Assembly: GCA_030704615.1 (NCBI GenBank)
Contig: CM060734.1
Location: 54,746,001 to 54,810,000 of the forward strand
DNA: 64,000 bases
Source of the DNA: Takakia lepidozioides
Taxonomy: Eukaryota; Plantae; Bryophyta
Direction: 5' to 3'
The notes under the pieces were generated by a model. That model was not told the origin of the DNA. It made no database searches and was given only the letters and a program-made list of their open reading frames with translations. Position 1 is the stretch's first letter. Every line of letters starts with the position of its first letter. This document shows positions 13,604 to 27,099 of the stretch, piece by piece. Position numbers and translations under genes: made by a program.

Positions 13604-13857
13604 GAGTGCCCGCAAGGGAAGGGGAAGACGCACTTATTCATGCCAAATCTAGTTGGTGTCCTCTCTCTCTCTACCAAAGTTAGCCCAAATTGTGATACCT
13701 TACTTAACAAAAAAATTAAATTTAGATTGATATAATATTTAAGTACATTTAATTATATTTATTACAGTGGATTCAAAAATATATATGGAAGGAGAGAAAG
13801 GGTTTAGGGTTTAGAAAAAGAAAGAAAAAGAAAGAAAAAGAGAAAAAGGAGAAATAT

Positions 13858-13862
<5 letters not shown>

Positions 13863-13889
<27 letters not shown>
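13863..13889. repeat. (GA)n microsatellite
   Basis: AGAGAG... run seen directly. Confidence 0.9.
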
Positions 13890-15406
13890 ATCGTGGTTAG
13901 GTAGGTGTCGCTGCGTGTTTGGCGTGCGCGAGAGGCACGGCCATGGCGATGGCGGGGCCCGCGATGGCACGCTAAGTAGGGGGCGTGGCTGGGCCTGCTC
14001 TGCTGAGCTTCGTCGTGCTGACGAGAGGAAGCAGGCGAAGCGTAGGCCCGCTAAAACCCGAGCCGCCAGATTGCTGGCTGTTACAAAACGCAGGCGAGCT
14101 TGCATTAATGGCTCCATAAGCAGGGCTGCACTACATATGCAAATCTTCACATGTGACATGTGGCCATCAGCGATTGAGCACCTTTGGTGGCATGGATGCC
14201 TTTATGCTGGTGGAAGGCCCCGAGAGGAGGCAATTCAGGCAAACAAGCCGCCAGGCAGAGCAAATCTCACTGTTGGGTGATCGGGGTTATCAGGGGAGCA
14301 GGGTCAGGAAGGGGGGGTCTTAACTTAGTGTCGTCTTCCACCGTGGGTTGGTTGTGATCCATTCCTCCATAAGTTTTGGAGGAGGTATTATCTGCTGTGG
14401 CAGTGGATCAGACCTGGGAAGTGGGATCAGACGATGCAGGTGAGGTGGAAGTTATCAAAGTCGAGAAAAAAAAACTCCCGGGAGAAGTGCTGGAAAATGC
14501 ATTGCGGAAATGTGGGATGAGGAGATGCACTCTGTAAGGATTGCTGTACCTGTCAAGTGCAGATCCGAAGAGGAAGAGAATTGCCTCGTACCAAAATACT
14601 TCAGCATTATCTGCTCTAGGTTTCCTGGCCTACGGAGAGAAAGAGAAAATTCTCAAGGTTTGTGGGGCTGGAAAGCATCTTTGAGTGTGTGATGGCCGTG
14701 TAAAGAAGTTCGCTTGTTCTAAGCGCATCAGGAAGCCGGGGAGCGCCCGAAATCGCAGGGCTGTTGGTTTCGAGAGAGCTATGTGCGTGGGCTAGGCTGA
14801 CCATCGAGCATGAAGTGAAGACGTCGAAACAAGCAATGGGTTCCAGGTCAGGAGCTGTTCCTTCCGATTGTACTTCATTTGATTTTCTTTCTTTTAGAGA
14901 GTGTTCATTGCAAGGGGAGATCAAGAGCTTCCCTTAGGACTTTTTCTTGGTTGGGATGGTGGATTTGTAACAATCTCAGCACCTATGGCTTATTCTGGAA
15001 GATGACAAGCACTGCTCACTGGTCAACCGGTGTGAGCAGCCAAAAAAGGCATGGAGTATTATATCCAGGCGGAGACTAGATGAACGTCAAGTGAGCATCA
15101 CTCTCTTTGAAGAACATTTTCTTGCGCCACAAGTACACCTGCAGGCTCCGCCTCCTACGGTGGTTCGCCATCATTCCTTTCGAGTCTGAGCCTTGAATAT
15201 TAAAGCATACTTGCTTCAGGTGTACACTTAGCCTGAGCAGACTGTCTGCTGCATGTCTACAATGGACGTGAGTATATGCCTCTTGGCTTTGCATCTATCC
15301 ATAGCCCACTTGAAGTCTGTGATAGCATTCAACCCTTGTCACATCCTGTGTTTCCCATTACTTGTAACCTAATGCAAGATTTCATTTCCTTCATTTCTGT
15401 CGTGCA

Positions 15407-18400
15407 GGACTGTCTTGGAGAGGACAGTGCCAGTTTGGCTGTCGAGTTCCAACATAGAGACCGAGGATCCTGAGAAAGGTCTGCTGGAAGATAGCCAAAC
15501 AGGGAAGTCCAGTATTGGAAGTATAGGGTTGAATGGAGCTGCCAATGGGACAATCAATGTTAATGGTAATATTAATGGTTCACTGGTGCAGGCATCTCCA
15601 GCAACTGTGCACAGCCCTGCTGGTAATTTGCGGAGAGGACATGGCAGTAGGTACTGGCCTGAGCCCTTATTCTCTGTTTGCATCAATCTAATGTATAGCT
15701 GATGGGTCTCCCTTGCTTTTCCTAGTCAACTTAAAGGCCATTTTTTCCGGCAGAACTACATGACCTCACACACACAGGATTTTACATAGATTTGGAGCAA
15801 ATCTCTGAAAATTTAGACAACCCTCATTCTTGAAAATTTGCATGTAATGGATGTTTTTTCGACTTACATCATGGGTTGGCTTGCAGGTCATTCATGGGAA
15901 GTCGAGGGAGCCTGGTTGACGACAATGAATTGGAGGAAGGAGTAGTGGACAGGTCAACAAAAGAGCGGCAGTTTAGGTCACGAAATCAATCGCTAATATC
16001 TGGCTTGTCATATTGCCTTTCTTCCTGCGGAATGATCCTTCTCAACAAACTTGTTTTATCGGGCTACAATCTCTCTGGGGGGATCTCCCTTATGTTTTAC
16101 CAGGTAGCTTTACTGATTTCCGTTTCAGCAAGACTGGCTAGTCAAGATTCTTGGCTAGGATTCATCTTCTGATTTGCATCCAGGTATTGGCACTGAATCT
16201 TTGAGAATGGGGTTTGATCCTTGAGCTGCTGATAACCCTCTGGACCGGGGGTGAGGGAGGGAGAAGCTAGGTGTGCTCAGTGTTAGCTCAGTCCGTTTGA
16301 CTGATTAAGACACCCCTCCTACTTCTGACTTCTGCAATAAGGAAGCCATAAGTTAAGGTCACTGCTAGTTTGTTGGTTTCATGGTTTTACATTACCTGGT
16401 TAAAGCTGAGATGGAGTGGACTACCATGCTTGCGGGAAAAGGGGATCTCCCAAAAATTATGCCATCACTAAATGGCAAGAATGCCCTGTGTATGTATATG
16501 CAGAATTTGATAAGCGTGCTTTTGGTCTACATTTTAAAAGCGGTTGGGGCCATCACTACTGAACCAATAACATGGAAGCTCATCAAAGTGTGGTTTCCTG
16601 TCAATATTCTCTTTGTCGGCATGCTGGTGACTAGCACTTACAGGTACTTTCGTGTACATGTCCTGTGGATTTTTTTCTTGTCCTTCTTCGTCTTCTCCCA
16701 TGACACACTTTGTGTCCGAGCCACTTCTGGGTTTCCTCATACGCTATTTTGCCCACCGGGCATCCTGTGGACTTCAGTAGCTTTTCTCTTTTTCCCTTTC
16801 TTGGTTTCCTCTCTCGTGCCTTCTATTATAAGTTCAGGGGAAGATATTAAGGTTCTTTTAGGGTCTCCTCGGCCTTGGCAGTTATGCCGGCTGGACGCGC
16901 TTAGAACTTACCTGCATGAGGCACTTTGTCTCTGAGCTGCGCTTGGGGTTTAATGTGCTGTTAGGTTCTCTTGGTGTGTTTCCTGTCCTGTTCCTCTCTC
17001 CTTGTCCACCACGTTCTCTGCATCACTTGCTTGAACAATCTCAAGAACAAGACAGGCAGATGGATAACACATTGGGGGAGGTTAGGATCTGCTGAGTTGG
17101 CACATGCAAGCAGTGGACCAGAGCAAACCTGTGTTTGAGGAGATTAGAAAAAGATATTGCTGTCTCTTCAGAGACTGGCAGAGGCATTTGTTTTTGAAGA
17201 TCTGAAAGGTTGGCAGCTTATCTTCACAAGATGCTTGGTCTTTGTGCAGTGATTTAGGCTGGTTTCCTGTTGTTGTTGTCTGGTAGGCATCTTTGACCTA
17301 GAGGCTGTTTGGACCTTTGTGGGCTTTTGGAATGTTTCTCTCACTAACCTTTGAGCCCCTGGGGACGTTTGGGTGACTGGTGCTCTGGTTACGGTGGTGA
17401 GAAGGTTTTCACCTTCTGAACCAAAGGCAGTAACTTTTCGGGATGAAATGACACCATAATTTACGCTTGCTTCTGCAGGAGTCAACCTTAAGTTTTTCTT
17501 TCTCTTCCTCTTCATTTTTCATGAAATATGGGTGCATTTTTTGACCCAATATTTTGGTGGCAAGCAGTTTGAAGCTTATGAATGTGGCCATGGTCACAAT
17601 CCTGAAGAATGTTACCAATTTGATCACCGCTGTGGGGGAGATCTACTTTTTTAACAAGCTGCACAACAATAAAGTCTGGGTCTCCCTCTTTCTGATGGTA
17701 TGTTATTTCTTGACGTTGTTGCAAACATCATTGCCAGCATTTCAGTTGTACAGATTGATGCCTGTTTCTTGTTCTGAAATGGGAAACTGTGATCCTCTGG
17801 ATTGAATTACTATGACAGGAAGGGTTAGCATGTATTTGTTAGGACATGAGCTTCCACTGAAAAACTATTTGTATCACATCTTATGCAGTATTGTAAAATT
17901 ATAACCGACTTGTGTTTGAGCCTGCAGCTGGTATCTGCTATAAGTGGAGGGATCACAGATCTCTCATTTCATGGGCTGGGCTACTTGTGGCAAGTGATCA
18001 ATTGCTTTTGCACTTCAGCCTATTCGGTCAGCTCACTTCCCCCATCCCGTAACTCTCATTTTACTGTTTTCCTGCCACTTCCATGTGTCAGGGTTCTATT
18101 CTGACTACCAGACACAGCAGTGCCTTGCCATCGAAATTGCATAGATTCAAATGGTCAAGTGGTACTTGACTGCAGGCATATGCATAAAATAAGTCACCGT
18201 GCTTAGGTCATTTCAATTTGTGATTGCGTTCCACCTTCATGCCTCAACAGAGGAGTGCAGCCAGCCCAGCCCACTCACCCTCCCGAACATTGCACATCTA
18301 GCTGTCTGTCGACAGCATCAAGCCTAAGCATGAGAGGCAGTGGCCCTACAAGACTGGAAGTTCGTTGCACTGTACTTTCATGGGGCTCTTCATCTTTTAG

Positions 18401-21400
18401 CTTAGTGTAGTATTTGTTAGTGCCCAATGATCTCGTTGGGCTCCCCAGGGACTTCATAAAATTGGTCTACCTGTTTCTCTACCCGTATGTCCTTTTTAAC
18501 TGTTTCTTTCTCACCCCTTTCTTTCATTCTTTGGTTCTCTCCTAATGACTTCATCTCTGTGTCTCCCTAGTAAGCTCCTAAGAGGGACTAAGGGAAAGGG
18601 CGTGCAGTTACGGCTGAGGAAAGTGATGGACCTAGCCAAACAGAAGACAAGTTCTGGCACTCTGAATGAGTTTTCCATGGTCCTGCTCAACAATTTGCTT
18701 TCATTGCCTTTAGGGTTTTGCTTGATGCTGGTCTTCGAGGCAAATGACATATGGACATTGTAAGTTCTCTTTGTGCCGTACGCGTTCCATCCCCAGGAAT
18801 TACCACAGGAATTGTTGGAACTACTTAGGTTCCCTGGATACCTGCTTAAATGTCAACTCCTCACAGTTGGGTTGTAAAATAAAGGGTTCTCATTTTTTTG
18901 AACTGCCATAGGAAATATCTAGGAGAGACCAAGAGTTACCACAGGGAACATGCCTTGCTAACCTAGAAAGGCCTGATTTTATAGGTAGCCCAAACATTTT
19001 TGGGAGAGGGGTTTGCTCATTGCACTGGGGAAGTCCACTTCTCCCCATCCTCCTGTACCTCCCCTGCACCCCACCAAATCTAGAATGTGTAGGATTGATT
19101 CTGCTTGGCTCATTTGAACTTTGGTGCTCCTTTTGTGAGGAAACAGGCCAGCATTGAAGCTTCCGATGTTCTGGATGGTCATCACACTGAGTGGGGTCTT
19201 GGGCCTAGCTATCAGCTTCACATCTATGTGGTTCATGCATCAGACTAGCCCTACCACTCACAGGTAAACATCTCTTCCTCCTCGCAGACTATCATTAACT
19301 GTAGACCTGCTAAGGTGGATCAGCTAGGAGTAGGAACTGGTCCAAGCTGGTTAAAAGCTGGCAATAATATCTATCAGTGGCTATCCTATCTGTTCGTACT
19401 GCCTGAGTTTCAGCTTGTGGTAACGTCCTTGGGGGAGAAACAGAGGGGAGTATAGGGAAGGGAAAAAGGGCTTGGGTAGGGGGGGAAATGTTGGGGTATG
19501 GTGAATTTTACCATGCACATTTTGTGGGTGTCTTAATTAGCAAGGGAGAAGTGGAAAGTGCATAGCAGATGAGAGTCAACTTAATTTTGATCAGGATTTG
19601 TTATTGAAAGTGGGGGTGGGGGTTTTGCAGTTTGGTGGGATCATTGAACAAGATTCCTCTGTCATTGGCGGGCATTTTACTCTTTAAAGTACCGACAAGC
19701 CTCCCAAACATGTTAAGTATATTATTTGGTAAGTCATCCGTTCTGTCTCTCTGTACTCCGTGGAGAGATGGCCTATGGTTCCGCCTCTGGTCTTGTGGGA
19801 TCAAGGGAAAGATGTGGAGAGTTGTCCACAACTTGTATGCTCACACCAAAAGCTGTGTCACTGTTAACGGACAAAAGTCCAACTTCTTTGACATAGACCA
19901 AGGTGTAGCTCAAGGATGTACTCTCTCCCCTCTGCTCTTCAATGTTTTCATCAATCAACTCCTCGAGGATGTGGAAAGTGAGGGATTTGGGTTAAAGGTG
20001 GGTGATACCACCATACCAGCCCTTATGTTTGCGGATGACTTCGCAGGCATAGGGGAGACTCCAACCAATCTCCAGGAGTTGATTGATTGCGCGAAGAGAT
20101 ACTTTGATCTTTGGGGGCTAGAGGCTAATGTCAGCAAATGTGCAGTGGTAGCATTCAACGACAGAGGAGAGAGAGGAAGTGATCTTAAGTGGCAGTGGGG
20201 TAGCCAAGAGATCCCGGTCCTCCCTTCCTACACTTACCTGGGCGTTGAGTTTTCCGGAAAGTTGTTCAAACTGGCAAGGGCAAAGCTCTGGGGCTCACTA
20301 AATTTTTCCACTGCAGAGGGGTCAACTCTGAGGTTAAGAAAACCATGCTTTGTCGCGTTATTAGACCTGCCTTGGAGTACGGATCTGCAATATGGGTTGA
20401 TAACTCCGACCAAGCTAAGTCTCTAGAATCCATTCAAGTGGGGGTGCTTAAGGAGTGTATGTCGGCATGCTCCAAAACAGCCAATGTGGCTGTTCGGGGT
20501 GAGTTTGGCATTCCGTCCTTAAGCTCCCGACGAGATGAATTCAAGGTCAGATGGTGCGGTCAGCTGCAACATATGTCCAACACCAGATATCCTAAGTTAA
20601 TCGACTCTATATCTTGGAAACAGGACCGCCCTGTCAAACAGGCTAAGTCCTGGCAGAAGAGAGTAGAAGAGATTCTCAAGGACCTGGACCTGGAACCGCA
20701 AGTCTTGACCCTGCTGGATAAATCTGACTTAGAGGCTGTAGTGTCCAAATCCATGTCTGTTGCCGTGAGATTGTCTGATGAAAATGAAGTTAGGCAGAAA
20801 ACTTCCCTGAACTTGTTTCCAGTCAGTGACATGGGGGAGGACATCTTGGATGACCTCAAGGGTCTACCCACTCTCGGCACTAGACTGAAATTTAAACTCA
20901 GGGCAGGAAGCCTACCTTTGAACAGCAAACAGAAGCAGAGAGGAAAGGGAGAGTGCAATTGCCCGTTGTGTGGGCAATCTGAAGACAGTACTCATTTTCT
21001 GATACACTGTCCGGGGTTCTCTCACCAAAGAGACGCTCTCTTCAAATCTATCAAGGGAATTGTGCCTGTACCTCTGTTTACCAACTTTGAAAGTCTCGAG
21101 GCTGAGCCAAAAACCCAGGCCCTCCTGAGGCCTAGTTATTGGGCAAATCACACACAGCAGATTGATGCTTGTGTGAAGGGATTTCTAGAGGATATCTGGA
21201 AAACCCGGATTAATTCTATATATGGAGGTAAGTCTTACTACCAACGTCAGCCCCTGTCAGAGGTAGGTTCTGTCCCTTCTGTTTCCGCTCAAACTGGGCG
21301 CGGGGTCAATGGCCACAAGGCTACGGCAAACAACGTCTTATGAGTACAATCTCTGTACTCCGTTTTCTTGGCTTCCTGTTTGTTGCTGCACTTTTTCATG

Positions 21401-21810
21401 CACCTCACAATGTGGTGATTTGCATTGAAGTGTAATACCTTCTCTCTTGTAAACTGATATATTAATATCATGAATATTTTGCTATCATGCTCACCACCAC
21501 ACGAGCGCTCAATCTGCTGTAGCAAAAGTTTTGTGCACAACTCTATGGCAGTTTTGGTCTGAGGCAGAAGGTCAAAATCCCATATGACTGGAGGGTTTGT
21601 ACCGCATATAGACAATTACATCAGAGGTACTTAAATATCTTAGGGCTGCAAGACAGCCCATAAATCTATCTTTCTCTTTCTCCAAGACCTGTGGCTTTTG
21701 TGCTTTGATGTGTGAAGTCCAGGTTGCTTATTCTAAGCTTATTTTTCATGGTGACTTTTTCAGGACTATTTGCAGGAGTAATGTTTGCAAGGGCAAAAAT
21801 GTCGACGTGA
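15407..21810 (+). CDS. Golgi GDP-mannose transporter, GONST1/2-like; start exon unresolved (probably upstream, 14.5-15.4 kb)
   Basis: Exons approx. 15407-15650, 15887-16103 (SGLSYCLSSCGMILLNKLVLS...SLMFYQ), 16504-16643 (WFPVNILFVGML), 17566-17697 (MVTILKNVTN), 17928-18025, 18608-18759 (LNEFSMVLLNNLLSLP), 19147-19263, 19631-19728 (LVGSLNKIP), 21764-21810 (GLFAGVMFARAKMST*). GSLNK is the GDP-sugar transporter motif. Confidence 0.93.
19762..21349 (+). mobile_element. 5'-truncated RTE-X-like LINE in the last intron of the GONST gene
   Basis: RT motifs GVAQGCTLSPLLFNVFI, LMFADD, YTYLGV; C-terminal CPLC...EDSTHFLIHC zinc finger; frame break near 20260; perfect 14-bp TSD TCTCTGTACTCCGT (19748-19761 / 21350-21363). 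Clade assignment is by motif resemblance. Confidence 0.9.
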
Positions 21811-24609
21811 AAGGGATGTTAATCACCATGTGTGCCACCAATTGCAAATTGACCACAGACGCAGGGTAACAGTGTGTTCTTTATCATGTTAAGTGGGCAG
21901 CAGTCCATTGCCCCTTAACAAAAGTCAACTTGGCTACTCTAGAATTCTTTCTGAGTAAGGTCTTCCTTACCGTTTGTCACACTTTTATCCTGCCTACATT
22001 GGTCATCAATTAGCCTAACATGTACAGCCCATTGCCTGCTTTGAGGGTGATCTAACCAACAAGTCTATCTGCCAAGCTATCTTGTGGGGCCATTCCCTTC
22101 TGTTATATGGTGTTAGTCGTACATGAGTGCAATGGTAGTGCAAACGAAGTATGTTTCCTCTATGTCTCTCTCCCACACCCTTCAAAACATTCCCTCTTAA
22201 AAGTCAGTGGCAGTTTAATCACCACCATAGAAGTGTCATGCCAGCTAGAGTGGAAGTGCCCCCATATTGCTCGCACCTGTTTCACTCACAATATTGGCCC
22301 ACAATTAACTTTTGTGTGTTTCTCAACAGTTAGGCTGGTTGTGGTAACCAGGGTTACACAAGTCATATCTGGGTGCAAGTAATCCCCTGTAAGCCACCCT
22401 GTAAGCCACCAATCCCTTCTGATGTTCTGGCTGTGTGACTGATATGGTAATTTTGACGGAAATTCTAGAGAGTTTTTAGTGACCACAGTGTACCCAGAGT
22501 CCCAGGATCTTTAGTAGGTTGGAGAAATTCAGGCTTCGCTCCTGCCTTGCCACTCCTGAAAGTTTCTTCCCTTGCTATTCATAAATGTAGAGTGAAGAAT
22601 TCATTGAAGATCATTTGGGAGATGAAATCTTGGATAATAAGAAACAGGTAAAAGGAGGGTTTTGGTGATAAACCTTCCTTTGGCTTGACATATCTTCCTT
22701 TTCAAGAGTGGATTGAATATTTTGCAAACTGTTGTTAGTGCTGCTGGCTCTTGAATGCCCCTAGCCAGGCAAGTTGGGTATCCTTGGATTATCTTGCATT
22801 CTGCCTTTGTGGACGGGAATGTAAATTATGGTGTCTCTTGACCCTGAAGGGTTACTGCCTTCCACTAGGAAGGTGGATACCTTTGTGACACCAATTGGTG
22901 GATTGAACCCACAACCACTTCCGAGGTGGTATGTGCCCATTAACTCTAGGCTACAACTTGGTTCATTCCCGCAGTTAGGGTTATGCGTCACTAGTAGCGA
23001 CGGCTTATGAGATCAATATTCTTTTTAATTGGAAATATATTTTATTCGTAAAATAATAGGAACAATGTAACTATGTGGAGAAAAATGTATTAGGTGAAGT
23101 CGTGCTACAAGGGCTTTATGCGATTCAAGATTCCATAGCCCCCAGGGAAGAGTTACAGGATTGTAAAGAACTTTCAGCTTTTTCCTTCTAAAGAAGCCGG
23201 TGACTTAAACCTGCGATTCTAGGCTGGCCGGTGAGTTACGCGATCCTATAATCTACCCGCCAGCCCTTGCATTACAGCGTTCCCTCTACGTTCCCTGTGC
23301 ATTCTTCCTTTGTCGGGGATTACCTTACACTTAACTCATGGAAAACTGGAGGCTTAACCCTACACTTAACTCACGAAAACTGCATTGTAGACCGTGTGAA
23401 AAGAAAACTACCAGATTACACGTGAGCCCATTGGGCTCCACGACGGAACATGACAGCGGGATTTTATGCTAATTAAAGCCCACCAAAACTACACTAGCTA
23501 GGTTCTTACTGAGGTCTACAGATATTTGAGGACTACTGCCGAAAGGCTTTCAATTTCCAATGAAGGTAGCTGAAGATAGTCATATTTTCAAGTCTGGAGA
23601 TCTACAAGCTGTCCAAAAAACACAAAAAGATGCTGACTTGGTTTCAAGAGGAGCCATTCGTTCCCCCCTATGAGGATGTAAGTCGCCTTGATGACAGTAT
23701 CCCTCTGATGCATGAGAAGCATGCAGTTGCTGGGATTCAAGTGCTCCTTGGATAACTGGTGTTCTAGAGAATGATTTTCACAACAGTAATGATCTGCTGT
23801 CCATGGCCATGAACCCTCGGTGATAAGACTCATCCAAGTAGGACAAGTATATCGGAGTGTGTACGGGCAATAGCCGCAAGGCGAAGTGGCTCTTAGTTAC
23901 GCCGGCCTCTGCCGGAGTCATCTCCCTCCCTCCCATCTCCCTCCCTCGGAATTTGCAACTGCCAAAGTTCCTCCACAGCCAGCACAATGTAACCTGTCCG
24001 AAGAATACCAGAGGCATGTAGAACACACCCAAAAACACCTCTGATGATGACCAAAAACGAATGAAGTGGAGAGTACCTGAGACATGTTACCATGAATTGC
24101 TCCAGGCTCCCTCAGCAAGCTAGGTCCTGGCGACAAACTTCCTGGGGCCTGATAAACACCGCACATATATTACAACACAAAAGGGTTGCTTTGCAGTCAA
24201 ATTGATTTTCCTGCCACAAGTTCTGCACTTGAGGACAATACCTTCCAGCATGTGACAGTTGATTGCATACCAATGTAGATAAAATCTACCAGAGCAAGAC
24301 ACAGAAATTACATCAAATTAGGGCTTGATCAGAAGATTTACAACCAAAACAGCTAGATCATTCTTCTATCTGTCATTAGATGGGGTTTCTGATGGAAGAC
24401 TGTAACGTTTATATACTGCTAACTGTATTTTGGAGATTCTGGAAGGCCCCCGAACAATGCTGAAGAAAAGCTTTACCAGTTCGCCAGAGAAAGGTAGCAA
24501 GAACTCTGCATGACAGTCAGCACACAGAGTACGGTTCGAAACCGTGGTTCATCTCTTGAGGGAGCTATCTCAAGCCTGGATAGTCTTCAGTTAGAAAATG
24601 TGCAAGTTC

Positions 24610-24875
24610 AGATTGTGTGAGCAACTCATGGCCTTCAACCAAACTGTCTTTTGGCTCTGCTGCAGGAGAACAGACCTTTATCAAAGCCACTTCCAAGTGG
24701 GGTTGTGTTTCTGCATGCCTGTGCCTGTGGGAGGTTGAGGGGGCTGAGAAACAACCCTTTTGATTATGAGAGTGCAAATGTTACCTTCATCCAGTTTCTC
24801 AATTGTGAGAATTTGTTGCCCTCTCTGGCTATGCAATATAGCAACAGTGACAGCTCCCTCGGAGGGGGCATGGAG
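24610..24875 (+). pseudogene. SMG8: SMG8 (NMD factor) gene fragment
   Basis: KPLPSGVVFLHACACGRLRGLRNNPFDYESAN...CENLLPSL resembles the plant SMG8 motif FLHACACGRSR.LR.DPFDFESAN. Isolated, no flanking exons found. Confidence 0.7.
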
Positions 24876-24887
24876 TCTTGTCACTCT

Positions 24888-24966
24888 TTCTCACTTTGCA
24901 TTAGACTGAAATTTTAACTCAGGGTGGGAATCTTGAGGCTGAGCCTAAAGCCCTGGCCCTGTTGGA
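24888..24966 (+). mobile_element. Small internally deleted fragment of the same RTE-X-like LINE
   Basis: TAGACTGAAATTTTAACTCAGGG...GAGGCTGAGCC matches ~20880-20903 joined to ~21097-21130. Confidence 0.6.
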
Positions 24967-26485
24967 GTATAATTGCTGACACCTCTAGAATGTAAGCAAA
25001 TTATAGTAAGGTCTGATGAGCTATCACATTGTCGCTGTAGATAAGATTAATTTCTTGCAACATGTTGTAATGGGCTTGTATGTATGCGCAGTATGTATGT
25101 ATGTATGGGCAGTGAGTTGGAATGGGACTTCTTCTGGTCAGATGTGGGATGGATGTAAGAGTGTTTTTAACCAAACTCACCAGGTCTGTGCTTGCCTCCC
25201 ATCTTACTACTAACTATTGTTCATTTTCAGTCACTGTTGGAAGATCTTTGGCTTTGGTAAGCAGTTGTTGAGTTTGAAAAGTTGAGGGTTTTGGCCAAGA
25301 GTTCACAGCATGGGCTAGCAGGCTTTAGAGAGGACCAGCACAGCATCAACAAGTGGGGAATTTCCATTGACCCTCATTTCGAGGTGGACTGATGGAGATG
25401 AAGACAGAGGGAGCCTTGTCTCTGATCATAGCCACATACTATCGCCCCTTTTCAGTCCCCCTTGGAAGATCTTTGGTTTAAGTGAAGGCTTGCTTAATTG
25501 TCATTTGAGGTGGACTAATGGAGATGAAGACGGAGGAAGCTATACAGCACAGACAAACTCAAACCCTTGATGAGAATGTGACAGAAATCCAGACAAGTTT
25601 GTACACTGATCTGGAGAGTGTGATTGTCTGCGAGCAGGAGCTAAATGTAGCTCAAAGGTCATATGTGACATGGTAATGGAGTGGTCAAAATGACTCATTT
25701 CCATGGTTATCATACTTAATGGTCGCCCTCCAGTCCAGCGAATTTTCATTTGATACAACACCAATACTCATAGTTAAGAATTTGAAGCATAAAGGGACAA
25801 GATCCGAGTTTATTGGTGCATAGGGGGTTATAGCCATATCTCTCTAGCCAGTTTCATCAAAAGGTGGGTAAAGAGTGGGAGGGGGATGAGAGACGAGCAG
25901 GACGTGGCCAAATACAATTGCTCCAGTCTTTACCAGTAGTGGAACTTACCTCTTGCCACCTGGACCAAAGGTGAATGATGGGCACCCCATGCTCCCAGTG
26001 AACCACCACTGCAATTGACAACCTGCACACTGTTCAACCCGTTTTCAACTTCGGTGTATCTATTGAAGGTTATTCTCATCAGTCCATAGACTTGATAGTC
26101 CTTGGCAAACTTTGTAAAATGAGGGTTGAAGTTATGCAAATCGAACTATTGGTCAAAGATTACATATGAGAAATGCCTTGCCTGCCTACAGCCGTCTTTC
26201 ACGCGTCATAAATCTTTTCTATTGTCTCTTGTGGAACAAATAAACAAGACACACTGACTCTGACAGTCCTTCCCATGATATTTTGACATTCATGAACAAG
26301 TCACTATGTAACCTGAAGAGAGAAGTGACAAGTGACCCAGAAAATTTGAGTGATTGAAGTTCAATAGCTATGCAAGAGGAAGAAATAGACAGATGAAGAA
26401 AAGCATGTGATGCTTGGACAGCACACTCAGTTCGATGGAACACTTGTAACCCCTATATGTTAGTACGTAAGAGGGACACCAGCCT

Positions 26486-26630
26486 TGGCACCTCTGTTCA
26501 CCAACTTTCAAATCTTGAGGCTGAGCCTAAAGCCCCAGTCCTGTTGGTGCCTAGTTGTTGGGCAGCTCATACACAGCAGATTGATGCTTGTGTGGCCGGC
26601 TTTCTAGAAGAAAACTGGAAAGCCCAAACT
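26486..26630 (+). mobile_element. Fragment of the same RTE-X-like LINE
   Basis: CCTCTGTTCACCAACTTT...ACACAGCAGATTGATGCTTGTGTG...TTTCTAGA matches ~21070-21210. Confidence 0.75.
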
Positions 26631-27099
26631 ATCCCATTGTAACTAGGATGCGCATTTACAAAAAGTGCTTCAAACAGCTAATTGCAAAGCTTTTGGTCTC
26701 ACAAAATTATCCCACTATAGATGGATTAATACTGGACCATGCTTAGCAACATTGTTTTTTTTAAGAGAACAGGGGATGGGCAAAGGTCAGAGTGACATCT
26801 GGTAGAAGTTTAGCCCTTCAGGGCACAGGAGACCTGTTTGTGGATTTGAGGAAGTAGAATTTTCTATGTTCTTTTTGCAGCTTTGACGGTGTCACCATGG
26901 ACCACTATTCCAGCCTTGACGATGTCAACATGGACCTCTTTGCCCTACCTTTTCGGGCCCATTGTCATGCACAAACAAACGTGATGTGGTCAGGCTGAAC
27001 ACCCCTTCCCGCATCACTTGTTCATAGGTCTCCGAAGCCTCCATCCCGCGCCCGGGCTGTGCATATCTTGCGATCTCTTCACATCCCGTGCCTTCATAG

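Noticed and set aside
13799-13815. AGGGTTTAGGGTTTAG telomere-like repeat
   Set aside because: Only about two units; a telo-box-scale motif, not an interstitial telomere.
19632-20426. 264-aa ORF as a stand-alone gene
   Set aside because: It is a chimera of a GONST exon and an intronic LINE.
23590-23900. Coding-like minus-strand peptide (GALESQQLHASHASEGYCHQ)
   Set aside because: Looks like a gene fragment but I cannot assign a family, so it is not listed as a feature.
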